A DNA stretch of 64,000 nucleotides, taken from contig JAVJQW010000012.1 of assembly GCA_040218735.1 (NCBI GenBank), positions 449,940 through 513,939 on the forward strand. Reading direction: 5' to 3'. How positions within the stretch are numbered: position 1 is the first letter of the stretch; each line of letters opens with the position of its first letter. This stretch comes from Deltaproteobacteria bacterium (GTDB taxonomy: Bacteria > Myxococcota > Kuafuiibacteriia > Kuafuiibacteriales > Kuafuiibacteriaceae). A program made the position numbers and the translations under genes. Below the pieces are notes generated by a model. The model saw only the letters and a list, made by a program, of their open reading frames with translations. It ran no database searches and had not been told where the DNA came from. This document shows positions 18,100 to 27,060 of this stretch, in pieces.

Positions 18100-19011
18100 A
18101 TGACCAAGCACTACTCGCTCGACCGCCGCGCGCTGCTGCAGCACGCCGCCCTCGGCCTCGCCGCCGCCCCCCTCCTGAAGGCGTGCGCAGGCGAGGACGG
18201 CACGATGATCGCCGACCGCGACGCCGGCTCCTCCGGAACACGTGACGGCGGCGCGAACAGCGCCCGGGACGGCGGTAGCGAGACCGCCGACGCTGGCGCG
18301 ACCGACGCCGGCACCACGCGCGACGGCGGCGTCTCGACCGGCGGCTGGGCGACCGGCGGAACCGCCGCGATGACCGCGAAGGCGTCGTACCCGAACCCGT
18401 TCTCGGCCGCCGCGTCGGGCTGCGCGCTCGTCGGCACGACGACCGAGGGGCCCTGCACGACCGACACCGACCTCGACCGCGAAGACGTCTCCGAAGGCTG
18501 GACCGGCCTCCCCGTCCGCCTCGCGCTGCGCGTCGTCGACACGGCGTGCGCACCGTTGGCCGGCGCCACGGTGAAGATCTGGCACACCAACATCGAAGGC
18601 ATCTACTCCGGCCAGACGCCCAACCCGGGGATGTGCAACGACAACAACCAGAGCTACATCGCGCAGGATTTCTTCCGCGGCGTGCAGACCACCGACGCCG
18701 ACGGCATCGTCTACTTCGACACCTGCTTCCCGGGTTGGTACCGCGGACGCGCCGTCCACATTCACTTCCAGGTGAAGTCCGGCAACACGTCGTATCGGAT
18801 CTCGCAGCTGTTCTTCCCCGAGGCGATCACCACGGAGATCTTCGACGACCACCCCGAGTACGAATCGTACGGGCAGCCGGACACGACGTTCTCGAACGAC
18901 AACATCTACTCGATGCTCCCGAGCGCCTCGCGTGACGCGCTGGTGCTCGACGTCGAGCAGATGAGCGACGGCGCGATGCTCGCCTCCAAGACCGTCACGG
19001 TGACGAGCTGA
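18100..19011 (+). CDS. Intradiol ring-cleavage dioxygenase family protein, Tat-exported lipoprotein
   Basis: ATG at 18100. Twin-Arg LDRRALL plus lipobox LKAC, then TTEGP, IWHTNIEGIYSG, FFRGVQTTDADG and PGWYRGRAVHIHF (Tyr/His iron ligands). Confidence 0.88.
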   Translation: MTKHYSLDRRALLQHAALGLAAAPLLKACAGEDGTMIADRDAGSSGTRDGGANSARDGGSETADAGATDAGTTRDGGVSTGGWATGGTAAMTAKASYPNPFSAAASGCALVGTTTEGPCTTDTDLDREDVSEGWTGLPVRLALRVVDTACAPLAGATVKIWHTNIEGIYSGQTPNPGMCNDNNQSYIAQDFFRGVQTTDADGIVYFDTCFPGWYRGRAVHIHFQVKSGNTSYRISQLFFPEAITTEIFDDHPEYESYGQPDTTFSNDNIYSMLPSASRDALVLDVEQMSDGAMLASKTVTVTS

Positions 19012-19055
19012 GTACGGTAGTCTCGTCAAAGGTCGCACGCGAGGCGACGAACGCC

Positions 19056-19727
19056 ATGGCACGTCACGTCCTGATCCTCGAAGACGACCGCGAGCTCGGA
19101 GCACAGCTCGTGCGTCACCTCGAGAAGGCCGGGCTCACCGCGTCGTGGATGGAGGACGGCGCGACGGTCGACGCCGACACGCTCCGCGGCGTCGATCTCG
19201 TCGTCCTCGACATCATGCTCCCGTCCGTGAACGGTCTCGACCTGCTGGAGTACATGCGTACGTTCTCGGACGTGCCGGTGCTCGTGCTCAGCGCGCGCAA
19301 CGAAACCGCCGACAAGGTCCGCGGTCTGAAGCTCGGCGCGGACGACTACATGACGAAGCCGTTCTGGCCCGACGAGTTCCTCGAACGCGTCCGCGCTCGG
19401 CTGCGTCGACCGACGCTCGAACGCAGCGACCGCCTCGAAGTCGGCCCGCTCGCGATCGACCGCGCCGCGCGGCGTGCGTTCCTGAACGACCGCCCGCTCA
19501 CGCTCACCCGCGTCGAGCTCGAGCTCCTCCTCACGCTCGCGGAGCGGCCCGGCGCCGCCGTCACGCGACGCGCGCTCGCGGACCGCGCGCTGGACCCGGA
19601 CGGCGACGGCGACGAACGCACCCTCGACGTCCACGTCTCGCGCATCCGCAAGAAGCTCGGCGATCGCGCGCTGATCGAGACGGTGTGGGGCATCGGCTAC
19701 CGCCTCGCCGCGGAGACCGACGCGTGA
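19056..19727 (+). CDS. OmpR-family response regulator
   Basis: ILEDD, LDIMLP and GADDYMTKPF receiver motifs; winged-helix RTLDVHVSRIRKKL..IETVWGIGY. Confidence 0.95.
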   Translation: MARHVLILEDDRELGAQLVRHLEKAGLTASWMEDGATVDADTLRGVDLVVLDIMLPSVNGLDLLEYMRTFSDVPVLVLSARNETADKVRGLKLGADDYMTKPFWPDEFLERVRARLRRPTLERSDRLEVGPLAIDRAARRAFLNDRPLTLTRVELELLLTLAERPGAAVTRRALADRALDPDGDGDERTLDVHVSRIRKKLGDRALIETVWGIGYRLAAETDA

Positions 19728-21343
19728 AGCTACGCGCCCAGCTCACGATCACGACCATCGCCGTGAGCCTGCCCATGATCGCGGGTCTCGTCGTCTGGGA
19801 CGACGGCTCACGCCAACGCGCCGCCGAAGACGAGCTCGCCGCGTTCGGGCAGGGCCTCGCGTCGTCGGCGCGCTGGCGCGCACGCTGCGAGGCGTCGCCC
19901 GAGACGTGGCGGGGGCGACCGGAAGGCCCGCCCGGTCACCCGGGACGACCGCCCGACGAACACTCAGATCAGCCTCCGCACGAACGCGGAGATCAGCCTC
20001 CGCACGAACGCGGAGATCGGCCTCCGCACAAACGCGGAGATCGGCCTCCGCACGAACGCGGAGATCGGCCTCCGCACGAACGCGGCGCAGGCCGACCGCC
20101 CGACGGACTCACCGGCCGACCGCCCGACGAAAGCGGTGCCGGCCCACCGCCGGGCGGACACGGCACCGATCATCCTCCGCATGGACGCGGCGGACCGCCC
20201 GGCCCGCCTCCGCGCGGTCAGCACCGGCGCCCCGCGGCGTTCTTCGCCTACGACGCGAAGCTCGCGTCGCCGCACCCCGAGGCCCCGGCGCTGCCGGCTT
20301 CACTCGCCGTCATCGCCGACGGCTACGTCTCGCTCCCCGCCGACCGGGGCCTCGTTCGCGTCCTCTTCCGCGTCCCGGGCGGCGAGCGCTGCGCGTTTGT
20401 GCTCGCGGAGGGCACCACCGAGCCTTGGCTCGGCGGCGTGCTGCCTCCGACGCAGGCCTGGTTGCTCCCCTTCGCCGCGCTCCTCATCGCCGTCGTCCTG
20501 ACCAGCGCGCCGCTCGTCGGTCGCATCCGTCGCCTGACGACCGGCGTGGAGGCTTCGGTCGCCTCGGGCTACGTCACCGGCGTCCCGACCGAGGGCAACG
20601 ACGAGCTGGCGAACCTCGCGCGCGCCTTCGACGGCGCCGCGCGCGAGGTTCGCCACCAACTCGAACGCGCCGAGCACCGCGAGCAAGCGCTCCGCGACTT
20701 CGTCGCGAACACCACCCACGACGTCATGATCCCGCTGACCGTCCTTCAGGGGCACCTCGCCGAGCTGGACCAACAGACGAGCGTCGGCGACGCGATGGCC
20801 GAAGCCCACTACCTCGGTGCGCTGATTCAGAACCTCTCGCTCGCCGCCAAGCTCGACGCCGTCGAACCCGAGCCGCTCGCCGAGCCGGTCGACCTCGCCG
20901 CCCTCGTCGAACGCGTCTACAACCGGCACCGCCCGGTCGCACGCAGCCGCTCGGTGCGCATCGACCGCGCCGTCCCTCCGGAACCCACCGCGGTGCTCGG
21001 CGACGTCACGATGCTGGAGCAAGCGGTGAGCAACGTCGTGCACAACGCCGTCCGCTACAACACGGCGGGCGGCCACGTCGCGATCGTGCTCGAACGCGAC
21101 CACGATCGCTTCACCCTCTCCGTCGTCGACGATGGCCCCGGCATCCCGCCCCACGAACGCGAGCGCCTCCTGGAACGCGGCTACCGCACCACCGACGCGC
21201 GCACCCGTTCGCCGGAGGGCCACGGCATCGGCCTCGACATCACCCAGCGCGTGATCGCCAAACACGAGCTCGAGCTCGAGCTCGACGCGGCGGAAGAAGA
21301 ACGCGGTTTGCGCGTCACCGTCGCGGGCCCCCTCGCGACCTGA
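19724..21343 (+). CDS. HAMP-domain sensor histidine kinase
   Basis: GTG at 19724 overlaps the regulator's stop. Two TM segments, HAMP (NDELANLARAFD), H-box THDVMIPLT, N-box NVVHNAVRY, DDGPGI and GIGL. Confidence 0.92.
   Translation: MKLRAQLTITTIAVSLPMIAGLVVWDDGSRQRAAEDELAAFGQGLASSARWRARCEASPETWRGRPEGPPGHPGRPPDEHSDQPPHERGDQPPHERGDRPPHKRGDRPPHERGDRPPHERGAGRPPDGLTGRPPDESGAGPPPGGHGTDHPPHGRGGPPGPPPRGQHRRPAAFFAYDAKLASPHPEAPALPASLAVIADGYVSLPADRGLVRVLFRVPGGERCAFVLAEGTTEPWLGGVLPPTQAWLLPFAALLIAVVLTSAPLVGRIRRLTTGVEASVASGYVTGVPTEGNDELANLARAFDGAAREVRHQLERAEHREQALRDFVANTTHDVMIPLTVLQGHLAELDQQTSVGDAMAEAHYLGALIQNLSLAAKLDAVEPEPLAEPVDLAALVERVYNRHRPVARSRSVRIDRAVPPEPTAVLGDVTMLEQAVSNVVHNAVRYNTAGGHVAIVLERDHDRFTLSVVDDGPGIPPHERERLLERGYRTTDARTRSPEGHGIGLDITQRVIAKHELELELDAAEEERGLRVTVAGPLAT
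19967..20085 (+). repeat. In-frame 24-bp tandem repeat (5 copies) encoding D(Q/R)PPH(E/K)RG
   Basis: GATC(A/G)GCCTCCGCAC(G/A)AACGCGGA starting at 19967, 19991, 20015, 20039 and 20063. Confidence 0.9.
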
Positions 21344-21405
21344 GCGCCCGGCCTTTTACAACCCTTTTACCCAACGCCCCCGCGCCCGGTGGCAGGCTCG
21401 AAGTC

Positions 21406-22746
21406 ATGAAACGAGCCGCCGTCTTCCTCGCCCCGCTCCTCGTCGCGCAGGGCTGCATCACCCTCACCCAGAAACCCACCGACCCCGAGCTCGTGACCCT
21501 CGAAGCCAAACTCGGACAGCCCATCCTCCCCGCCGCACAAACGAACGAGGTCCAGGCCGTCCTGAAGATCCGCGCCACCGCCCCCGAGGACGGCGTTCGT
21601 GTACCGCTGCACATCGCCGTCGTCATCGACGCCTCCGGCTCCATGCAGGGCGAAGCCATAGCGCGGGCGCGCGAGGCCGCCATCGATCTACTGAAACGAC
21701 TCGACCCGAAGGACCGCTTCACGGTCGTCGCCTTCAACACCAAGGCCGAGCTCCTCGCCAAGGGGGAGCCGATCGAGGACATCGACATCGACGCCCTCGA
21801 AGCCCGCCTCGCCAACCTGAAGGCCGTCGGCACCACGAACCTCACCGAAGGCCTCGCGACGGCGGTGAGCCTGTTCGAGAAACCGCAGGACCCGCGCGAG
21901 GTCCGTCGCCTCGTCCTCCTCAGCGACGGACGCCCCAACACCCCCGAGCGACTCCGCAACCCCATCGCGCGCCTCACCGCGCTGCAGGTTCCGGTCACCG
22001 CGCTCGGCCTCGGACTCGACTACGACGAGCTCCTCCTCGCGCGCATCGCGCAGGCGAGCGGCGGCCGGTTCACGTTCGTCGAGGAGCCGAAGATGATCGC
22101 CGAGGTCTTCGAGCGCGAGGTCATGCGCCTCGACCGCGTCGTCGGCAAGATGGCCCAGCTCGTCATCACGCCCGGGCCGGGCGTCGAGATCCTCCGCGTC
22201 GAAGGTGAGACCCCCGCGAACCGCGGCGGTACGTACGTGAAGTCGTTGGGCGACCTCTCCGCGCAAGAGACGCGCGAGGTCGTCGTCTCGATGAAGATCG
22301 ACGCACGCAACAAGGACGTCACGCTGGAGATGATCGACGCAGTGCTGACCTTCGACGACGCGATCGCCCACGCCGGCAACCTCGAGCGCCGCGCCTACCT
22401 CGCCGCCACGACCACGATGGACTCGGCCAAGGCCGCCGCCAGCCGCGACATCAACGTGCTCGGGGCCGCCGCCCGCGCGCGGGCCGGGAGCGCCGCGCTC
22501 GACGCGATCTCGATGGCGCGTCACGGACAGCGCGAACAAGCCGAAGCGCTCCTGCGCGCCGCGATCGTCCGGGCGAAGGGCGACGCCGAGCACTTCGAGG
22601 ACCCGCGCCTCGCCGAGGCGATCCAGAACTTGGAGCGGCTGCTCGAGGACCTGCCGGCCGCCGCGGCCCAGGCGCACCTGGAGGAGAAGGCGGTCTCGGC
22701 GAAGAACCGACGCGCGCACAGCAGCGCGTGGTCGTACACCCACTGA
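21406..22746 (+). CDS. VWA-domain lipoprotein (YfbK/Ca-activated chloride channel-like family)
   Basis: ATG at 21406, lipobox VAQGC, MIDAS motif VIDASGSM, GTTNL, LLSDG and GLGLDYDE. Confidence 0.88.
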   Translation: MKRAAVFLAPLLVAQGCITLTQKPTDPELVTLEAKLGQPILPAAQTNEVQAVLKIRATAPEDGVRVPLHIAVVIDASGSMQGEAIARAREAAIDLLKRLDPKDRFTVVAFNTKAELLAKGEPIEDIDIDALEARLANLKAVGTTNLTEGLATAVSLFEKPQDPREVRRLVLLSDGRPNTPERLRNPIARLTALQVPVTALGLGLDYDELLLARIAQASGGRFTFVEEPKMIAEVFEREVMRLDRVVGKMAQLVITPGPGVEILRVEGETPANRGGTYVKSLGDLSAQETREVVVSMKIDARNKDVTLEMIDAVLTFDDAIAHAGNLERRAYLAATTTMDSAKAAASRDINVLGAAARARAGSAALDAISMARHGQREQAEALLRAAIVRAKGDAEHFEDPRLAEAIQNLERLLEDLPAAAAQAHLEEKAVSAKNRRAHSSAWSYTH

Positions 22747-22750
22747 AAAC

Positions 22751-22784
22751 GAAAAGGGGCGCTCCTCGATGAGAAGAGCGCCCC
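22751..22784 (-). terminator. Intrinsic terminator between convergent genes
   Basis: GGGGCGCTC...GAGCGCCCC stem with an A-tract on its left, read as a U-tract on the minus strand. Confidence 0.7.
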
Positions 22785-22821
22785 GCCTCGCTTGGTTCGG
22801 TGGTTGTCGTGCGAACGTGGG

Positions 22822-23238
22822 TCAGCTGTTGCCGACGTCGCTCGGCTTCACGGTCTTCTGGCCTGCGGCCTTCCAACCCTTCACGCCGACCGGGAGCACG
22901 GAGACGTTGCTGTAACCCGCCTCCATCGCGCGGCCCGCGGCGACCTTCGACGCGCTACACATCTCGTTGCTGCAGTAGAAGACCAGGTTCTTGCGCTTGT
23001 CCTTCGGCAGCTCCTTGCCGGCGTCGAAGCCGTCGTAGGAGGTCAGCATGATCGCGCCCGGAATGACGCCGAGCTTGGTGCGCGTCTCCTTGCTGTTCGC
23101 GTCGACGAAGGCCGGCTTCATCTCCTTCGCCTTGTCGACGGAGACGGTGGTCACTTCTTTCTTGCCTCCGCAGGCGAGCGCCGCGGCGGGGGCGGCGACG
23201 AGGCCGACGAGTGTCACGAACATGAGTTGCTTCAGCAT
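22822..23238 (-). CDS. Exported rhodanese-like domain protein
   Basis: Signal peptide, FVDAN, GVIPGA, LVFYCSNEMC and GVKGWKAAG. Confidence 0.88.
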   Translation of the reverse strand: MLKQLMFVTLVGLVAAPAAALACGGKKEVTTVSVDKAKEMKPAFVDANSKETRTKLGVIPGAIMLTSYDGFDAGKELPKDKRKNLVFYCSNEMCSASKVAAGRAMEAGYSNVSVLPVGVKGWKAAGQKTVKPSDVGNS

Positions 23239-23368
23239 GGAGTGTGGTTCCCTTTCGTTACCGGGCGCCTCTCTTGGGCGCGGCGCAGTGGCTACAATCT
23301 AAGCGGGGATCTTCTTCCCCGTCACGCCCCCCTACGTACGTAGAACCCGGACGTTTCGGATCGCCCGC

Positions 23369-25405
23369 TTGTCTTTCGGGGGCCCGGAGGCTACCGAAAC
23401 GCCCGTGAAGGGCCCGATCCGGTCCGTGGTGGTGCTTCTGGCCCTCACCGCGATCTTTCGGCTCTGGGCCTCCCAGCACGCCCGATTCACGGGCGACGAG
23501 AGCGACTACTGGGTCAAATCGCGACGCGTTGCGCAGCTTCGGTACCAGCCGGTCTTTGGTCCGGAGATCACCGGATCCGAGGCGAACCTCCCCGGCCCGG
23601 CCTACTACTACCTGATGGCGGTGCCCCAGGCGCTGGGCGCCTCGCCGTTCTTCGGGTCGATCTTCGTGGTCCTGGGCCACGTCGCCGCCGCGTTCCTCCT
23701 GTTCCTGCTGGCTCGGGAGGCGGCCGGGCGATCGGCGGGGCTGATCGCCCTGGTGCTGGTGATGTTCGCGCCGTGGGACGTCCTGTACGCCGACCGGATC
23801 TGGGGCTCGTGCGTGGTCCCGATCTGGGGTGCGCTGTCCCTGTTCGCCGCGGTGCGGGCCCGAAGGTCGGGGCCGTGGCTCGCCGTGCTGCTGTTCCTCT
23901 GCCTGGTGCTGCCCCAGCTCCACCTGTCGGTGCCGATCCTGTGGCTCGCCTGCGCGACGATCCTCTTCCTCCGGCCCCCCGAGCGCATCCCGTGGAAGTG
24001 GGTCGGCATCGGCGTCGGCCTCGCGTTCCTCGCCTACCTCGGCCCGCTGATCTCCGAGCTCACGACGGGCTTCGCGAACACCAAGACGATCCTCACCAAG
24101 GGCACCGGCGGCGAGTCCTGGGAGATCGCCCGGAAGGTCCCGTTCCAGGTGTTCGGCTACGCGGTCGGCTACGCGTCGAGTGAGATCGGCTACCACTTCG
24201 CGCGCGGGTACTGGGGCGGCAACTTCGACGACTTCTCCGCGTACCTGACCGCCACCGGCTGGAGCCGCGCGTTTGCGCGCGACGGCGCGATACTCGGCGC
24301 GCTCGGCGTCCTGTCCTTGGTGATCGCGTTCGTCGCCTGGGGCTCGACGCTCGTCCACACCGCGCGCCGCACCGTCGCCGCCGTCCGCGCGCGGGATCGC
24401 AGCGCGTTGGATCTGTCGGACGTCCTCACGCTCGCGGTCGTCGCCGGCCTATTCGGCGGCGCCATGCTGATGATGCTCGCGAAGAAGCGCTACTTCCCGC
24501 ACTACGCGAACATCCTCGTCCCCATCGCGCTGTGGCCCGCGGTCGCCGCGCTCGCGCGTTGGTACGAGCGGAAAAAGATCGTCGTCTCGGTGCTCGTCGC
24601 AGCGACGGTGACGTCGATGTTCTTCGCCTGCGTCCGTTACTACCGGCAGGTCGATACACTCAATGGACTCGGTAACACCATCAACATGGTCGGTTGGGTC
24701 CTCGAGGACGACGCCCCCAAGCGCATCGACTTCACCTACTTCCACAACGCGTACGCGTGGGCCGTCGTCGCCAGCGACTACTACGGCAAGAGCCTCACCA
24801 CGCACCCGCGCGCGCCGGTCCGGTACATCGTGCACAACCAGGAGCGCTTCGAGGGCGAGCCCCCCGAAGGCGCGCGGGTGTTCGGCGGCGTCCTCGTCGA
24901 GCGCCGTCCGCCGCGCGGCGGAACGACCGCGGTCGGCTCCGCGGTGCGGAGGGACTTCGCGAAGTTCGAGGTCGAAGCGATCCGGGACGGTACCCACCGC
25001 AAGTGCGAACGCCGCGGCGACAGGTGTTTCTACGGCGACCACCCTTGGCAGCACTTCGGCCCGGACTTCGTCACCGTCGGCGGGCGCCCCGAGCCGGTGC
25101 TCTTCATGCACCCGATCAAGGACGCCACCGTCGCCGCGACCTACCCCGTCCCGGATGGCAAGACCCGCGGCGTCCTGAAGGTCGCGCTCTCCGACGACGC
25201 CACCCGAAGCGACAACCGCGCCCCCGTGGACGTGACCCTCTCGCAGGGGGGCGAGGTCCTCGGGGCCACAAAGGCCGAGAACCGACCCGGCTTCGTCCGA
25301 CTCCCGTTCACGCTGACGGCGACGGGCGCCCAGAGCCTCACGGTCGGCATCACGACCGTGCACGACGGCGCACGAATCTTCGTCTTCGACCTCGCGTTCG
25401 AGTGA
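23369..25405 (+). CDS. GT-C fold (ArnT/PMT-like) polytopic glycosyltransferase with a C-terminal soluble domain
   Basis: FTGDESDYW after the first TM, GPAYYYLM, QLHLS and about 10 hydrophobic segments. The exact start is uncertain. Confidence 0.75.
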   Translation: MSFGGPEATETPVKGPIRSVVVLLALTAIFRLWASQHARFTGDESDYWVKSRRVAQLRYQPVFGPEITGSEANLPGPAYYYLMAVPQALGASPFFGSIFVVLGHVAAAFLLFLLAREAAGRSAGLIALVLVMFAPWDVLYADRIWGSCVVPIWGALSLFAAVRARRSGPWLAVLLFLCLVLPQLHLSVPILWLACATILFLRPPERIPWKWVGIGVGLAFLAYLGPLISELTTGFANTKTILTKGTGGESWEIARKVPFQVFGYAVGYASSEIGYHFARGYWGGNFDDFSAYLTATGWSRAFARDGAILGALGVLSLVIAFVAWGSTLVHTARRTVAAVRARDRSALDLSDVLTLAVVAGLFGGAMLMMLAKKRYFPHYANILVPIALWPAVAALARWYERKKIVVSVLVAATVTSMFFACVRYYRQVDTLNGLGNTINMVGWVLEDDAPKRIDFTYFHNAYAWAVVASDYYGKSLTTHPRAPVRYIVHNQERFEGEPPEGARVFGGVLVERRPPRGGTTAVGSAVRRDFAKFEVEAIRDGTHRKCERRGDRCFYGDHPWQHFGPDFVTVGGRPEPVLFMHPIKDATVAATYPVPDGKTRGVLKVALSDDATRSDNRAPVDVTLSQGGEVLGATKAENRPGFVRLPFTLTATGAQSLTVGITTVHDGARIFVFDLAFE

Positions 25406-25457
25406 CGTCGCGCAATCTGGAACCCACCCCGACGCCTCCGTGGTACGAATAGGGGCC

Positions 25458-26228
25458 GTGTACGCACGCCGTGCTCTCCCGTTCCTCAGCGCCCTCCTCT
25501 TCGCCTGCCCGTCGAGCGACGACGGCGGCGACGACGTGATGACGGAGCGCGACGGCGGCCCCGCGCCGGTCGTGTGCACCCCACCCGCGGGCGGCGGGAT
25601 TCAGGTGGACTGCGACCCGACGACCGGCAACGGCTGCGACGTCGCGTCGAACCAGTCCTGCCTGTGGCTCGTGGACATGGACGAAGGTGAGTGCGGTTGC
25701 CTCTCCGCCGCGCCGGCCGCCGTGGGTGCCGCGTGCACCGGTGTGAACGGCTGCGTCGGCGGCGCCACGTGCCTCGCGCTCTCCGGCGATCCGGCGATGT
25801 GTCACCAGGTCTGCCACGTCCCGAACAACACTGGCTGCGAGGCGGTGAAGGCGCTGAACCCGACCGTCGCGTATACGTGCGCGCCGCTGCGGACCGCGAT
25901 GGGCAGCGCGACCGAGGACTTCGGCGTGTGCTTCGCGGTCGGAACCGCCTGCGACCTGCTCGCGCCCAACTGCGGCGCCGGCTCGCGGTGTGGACTCGTG
26001 GGCCGCGCGTCCGCGTGCCTCCCCGACGACGGAAGCGCCGGCATCGGCGACCCGTGCTCCGAGGCCGCGACCTGCGCGGCCGGCGGGGTGTGCGTCCCGC
26101 TCGTCGATGCAAACGGCATGTCGATCCCGCCGACCTGCTACGAGCCGTGCGACGTCGCCAGCCCGCAGTGTTTCTCGGGTGGGCAGTGCACGGAGGTCGG
26201 GCTCCCCGCGGGGCTGTGCCTTGGTTGA
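25458..26228 (+). CDS. Cys-rich lipoprotein
   Basis: GTG at 25458, lipobox LLFAC and more than 25 Cys in repeated G..C...C..G..C units. Confidence 0.8.
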   Translation: MYARRALPFLSALLFACPSSDDGGDDVMTERDGGPAPVVCTPPAGGGIQVDCDPTTGNGCDVASNQSCLWLVDMDEGECGCLSAAPAAVGAACTGVNGCVGGATCLALSGDPAMCHQVCHVPNNTGCEAVKALNPTVAYTCAPLRTAMGSATEDFGVCFAVGTACDLLAPNCGAGSRCGLVGRASACLPDDGSAGIGDPCSEAATCAAGGVCVPLVDANGMSIPPTCYEPCDVASPQCFSGGQCTEVGLPAGLCLG

Positions 26229-26988
26229 CCGGCGCGTCCTCGCCGTCGCGTTGCTCGCGGGGTGCAGCTCGGAGCCCACCGTCGATCTCTCCGGCCGCGA
26301 CGGCGGCGCCGTGGACTCGGGCGTGGTCGTCGTCGACGCCGGGGTCCGTGACGCGGGGGCCGTCGACGCCGGATCGTCGCGCGACGCCGGTCGACGCGAC
26401 GCCGGCGGCCCTCGGGACGGTGGTGAACCGACGCTCTGCACGAGCGACGCCGAATGCGCGCCGACCGGGTGGTGCCGCGCGACGATGGACGGCGACCGCG
26501 AATGCGCGCGGTGGGCCGGCGAAGGCGAGCGCTGCGGCGGTGACACGACGCCGTGGGCGCAGGAGCGCTGCGACCCTGCGCTGGTCTGCTTCGACTCCGA
26601 GATCAGCAGCGCACCGGGCAGCTGCGTCATCGAAGCGACGCTCCGCGCGCTCCTCAACAACCACCGCCGCTACGACGGACACGCGGTCGGCATCGCCCAG
26701 ATGGATGTCTTCATCGGGCCCGTGCAGTGCACCACCGGGCAGTGTCCGCCCGAGAACCGGTGCTGCAACACGTGCCGGGGCGAGCTGCAGGCCGAGGAGC
26801 TGTCCGGCACCGGCGTCGATGTCCGCATGACCCTCCGCGATCCCAACGGCGATCCCTACTTGTGTGAAGGCGACGTCTGCACCTGGCAGCAGCACTGCGA
26901 CCTCGAGCCGGGCACCTACCGCGCGTGGGGCTGGTTCTCCGCGCCGCCGCCGTCCCTGTCCGTCCAGCGCATCGAGCCGCGCCCCTGA
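26221..26988 (+). CDS. Cys-rich lipoprotein with a DAG-repeat linker
   Basis: TTG at 26221 overlapping the upstream stop, lipobox LLAGC, DAG/DGG linker and a TTGQCPPENRCCNTC domain. Confidence 0.78.
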   Translation: MVDRRVLAVALLAGCSSEPTVDLSGRDGGAVDSGVVVVDAGVRDAGAVDAGSSRDAGRRDAGGPRDGGEPTLCTSDAECAPTGWCRATMDGDRECARWAGEGERCGGDTTPWAQERCDPALVCFDSEISSAPGSCVIEATLRALLNNHRRYDGHAVGIAQMDVFIGPVQCTTGQCPPENRCCNTCRGELQAEELSGTGVDVRMTLRDPNGDPYLCEGDVCTWQQHCDLEPGTYRAWGWFSAPPPSLSVQRIEPRP

Positions 26989-27060
26989 CGACCGCCGGCA
27001 TACGCTGCCTCGGCCATCACCCTGGATTCGCCCGCGCCGAGCCTCCAATGTCTCGAGACG

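Noticed and set aside
19967-20085. Mini CRISPR or regulatory iteron array
   Set aside because: It is a spacerless in-frame coding tandem repeat inside the histidine kinase.
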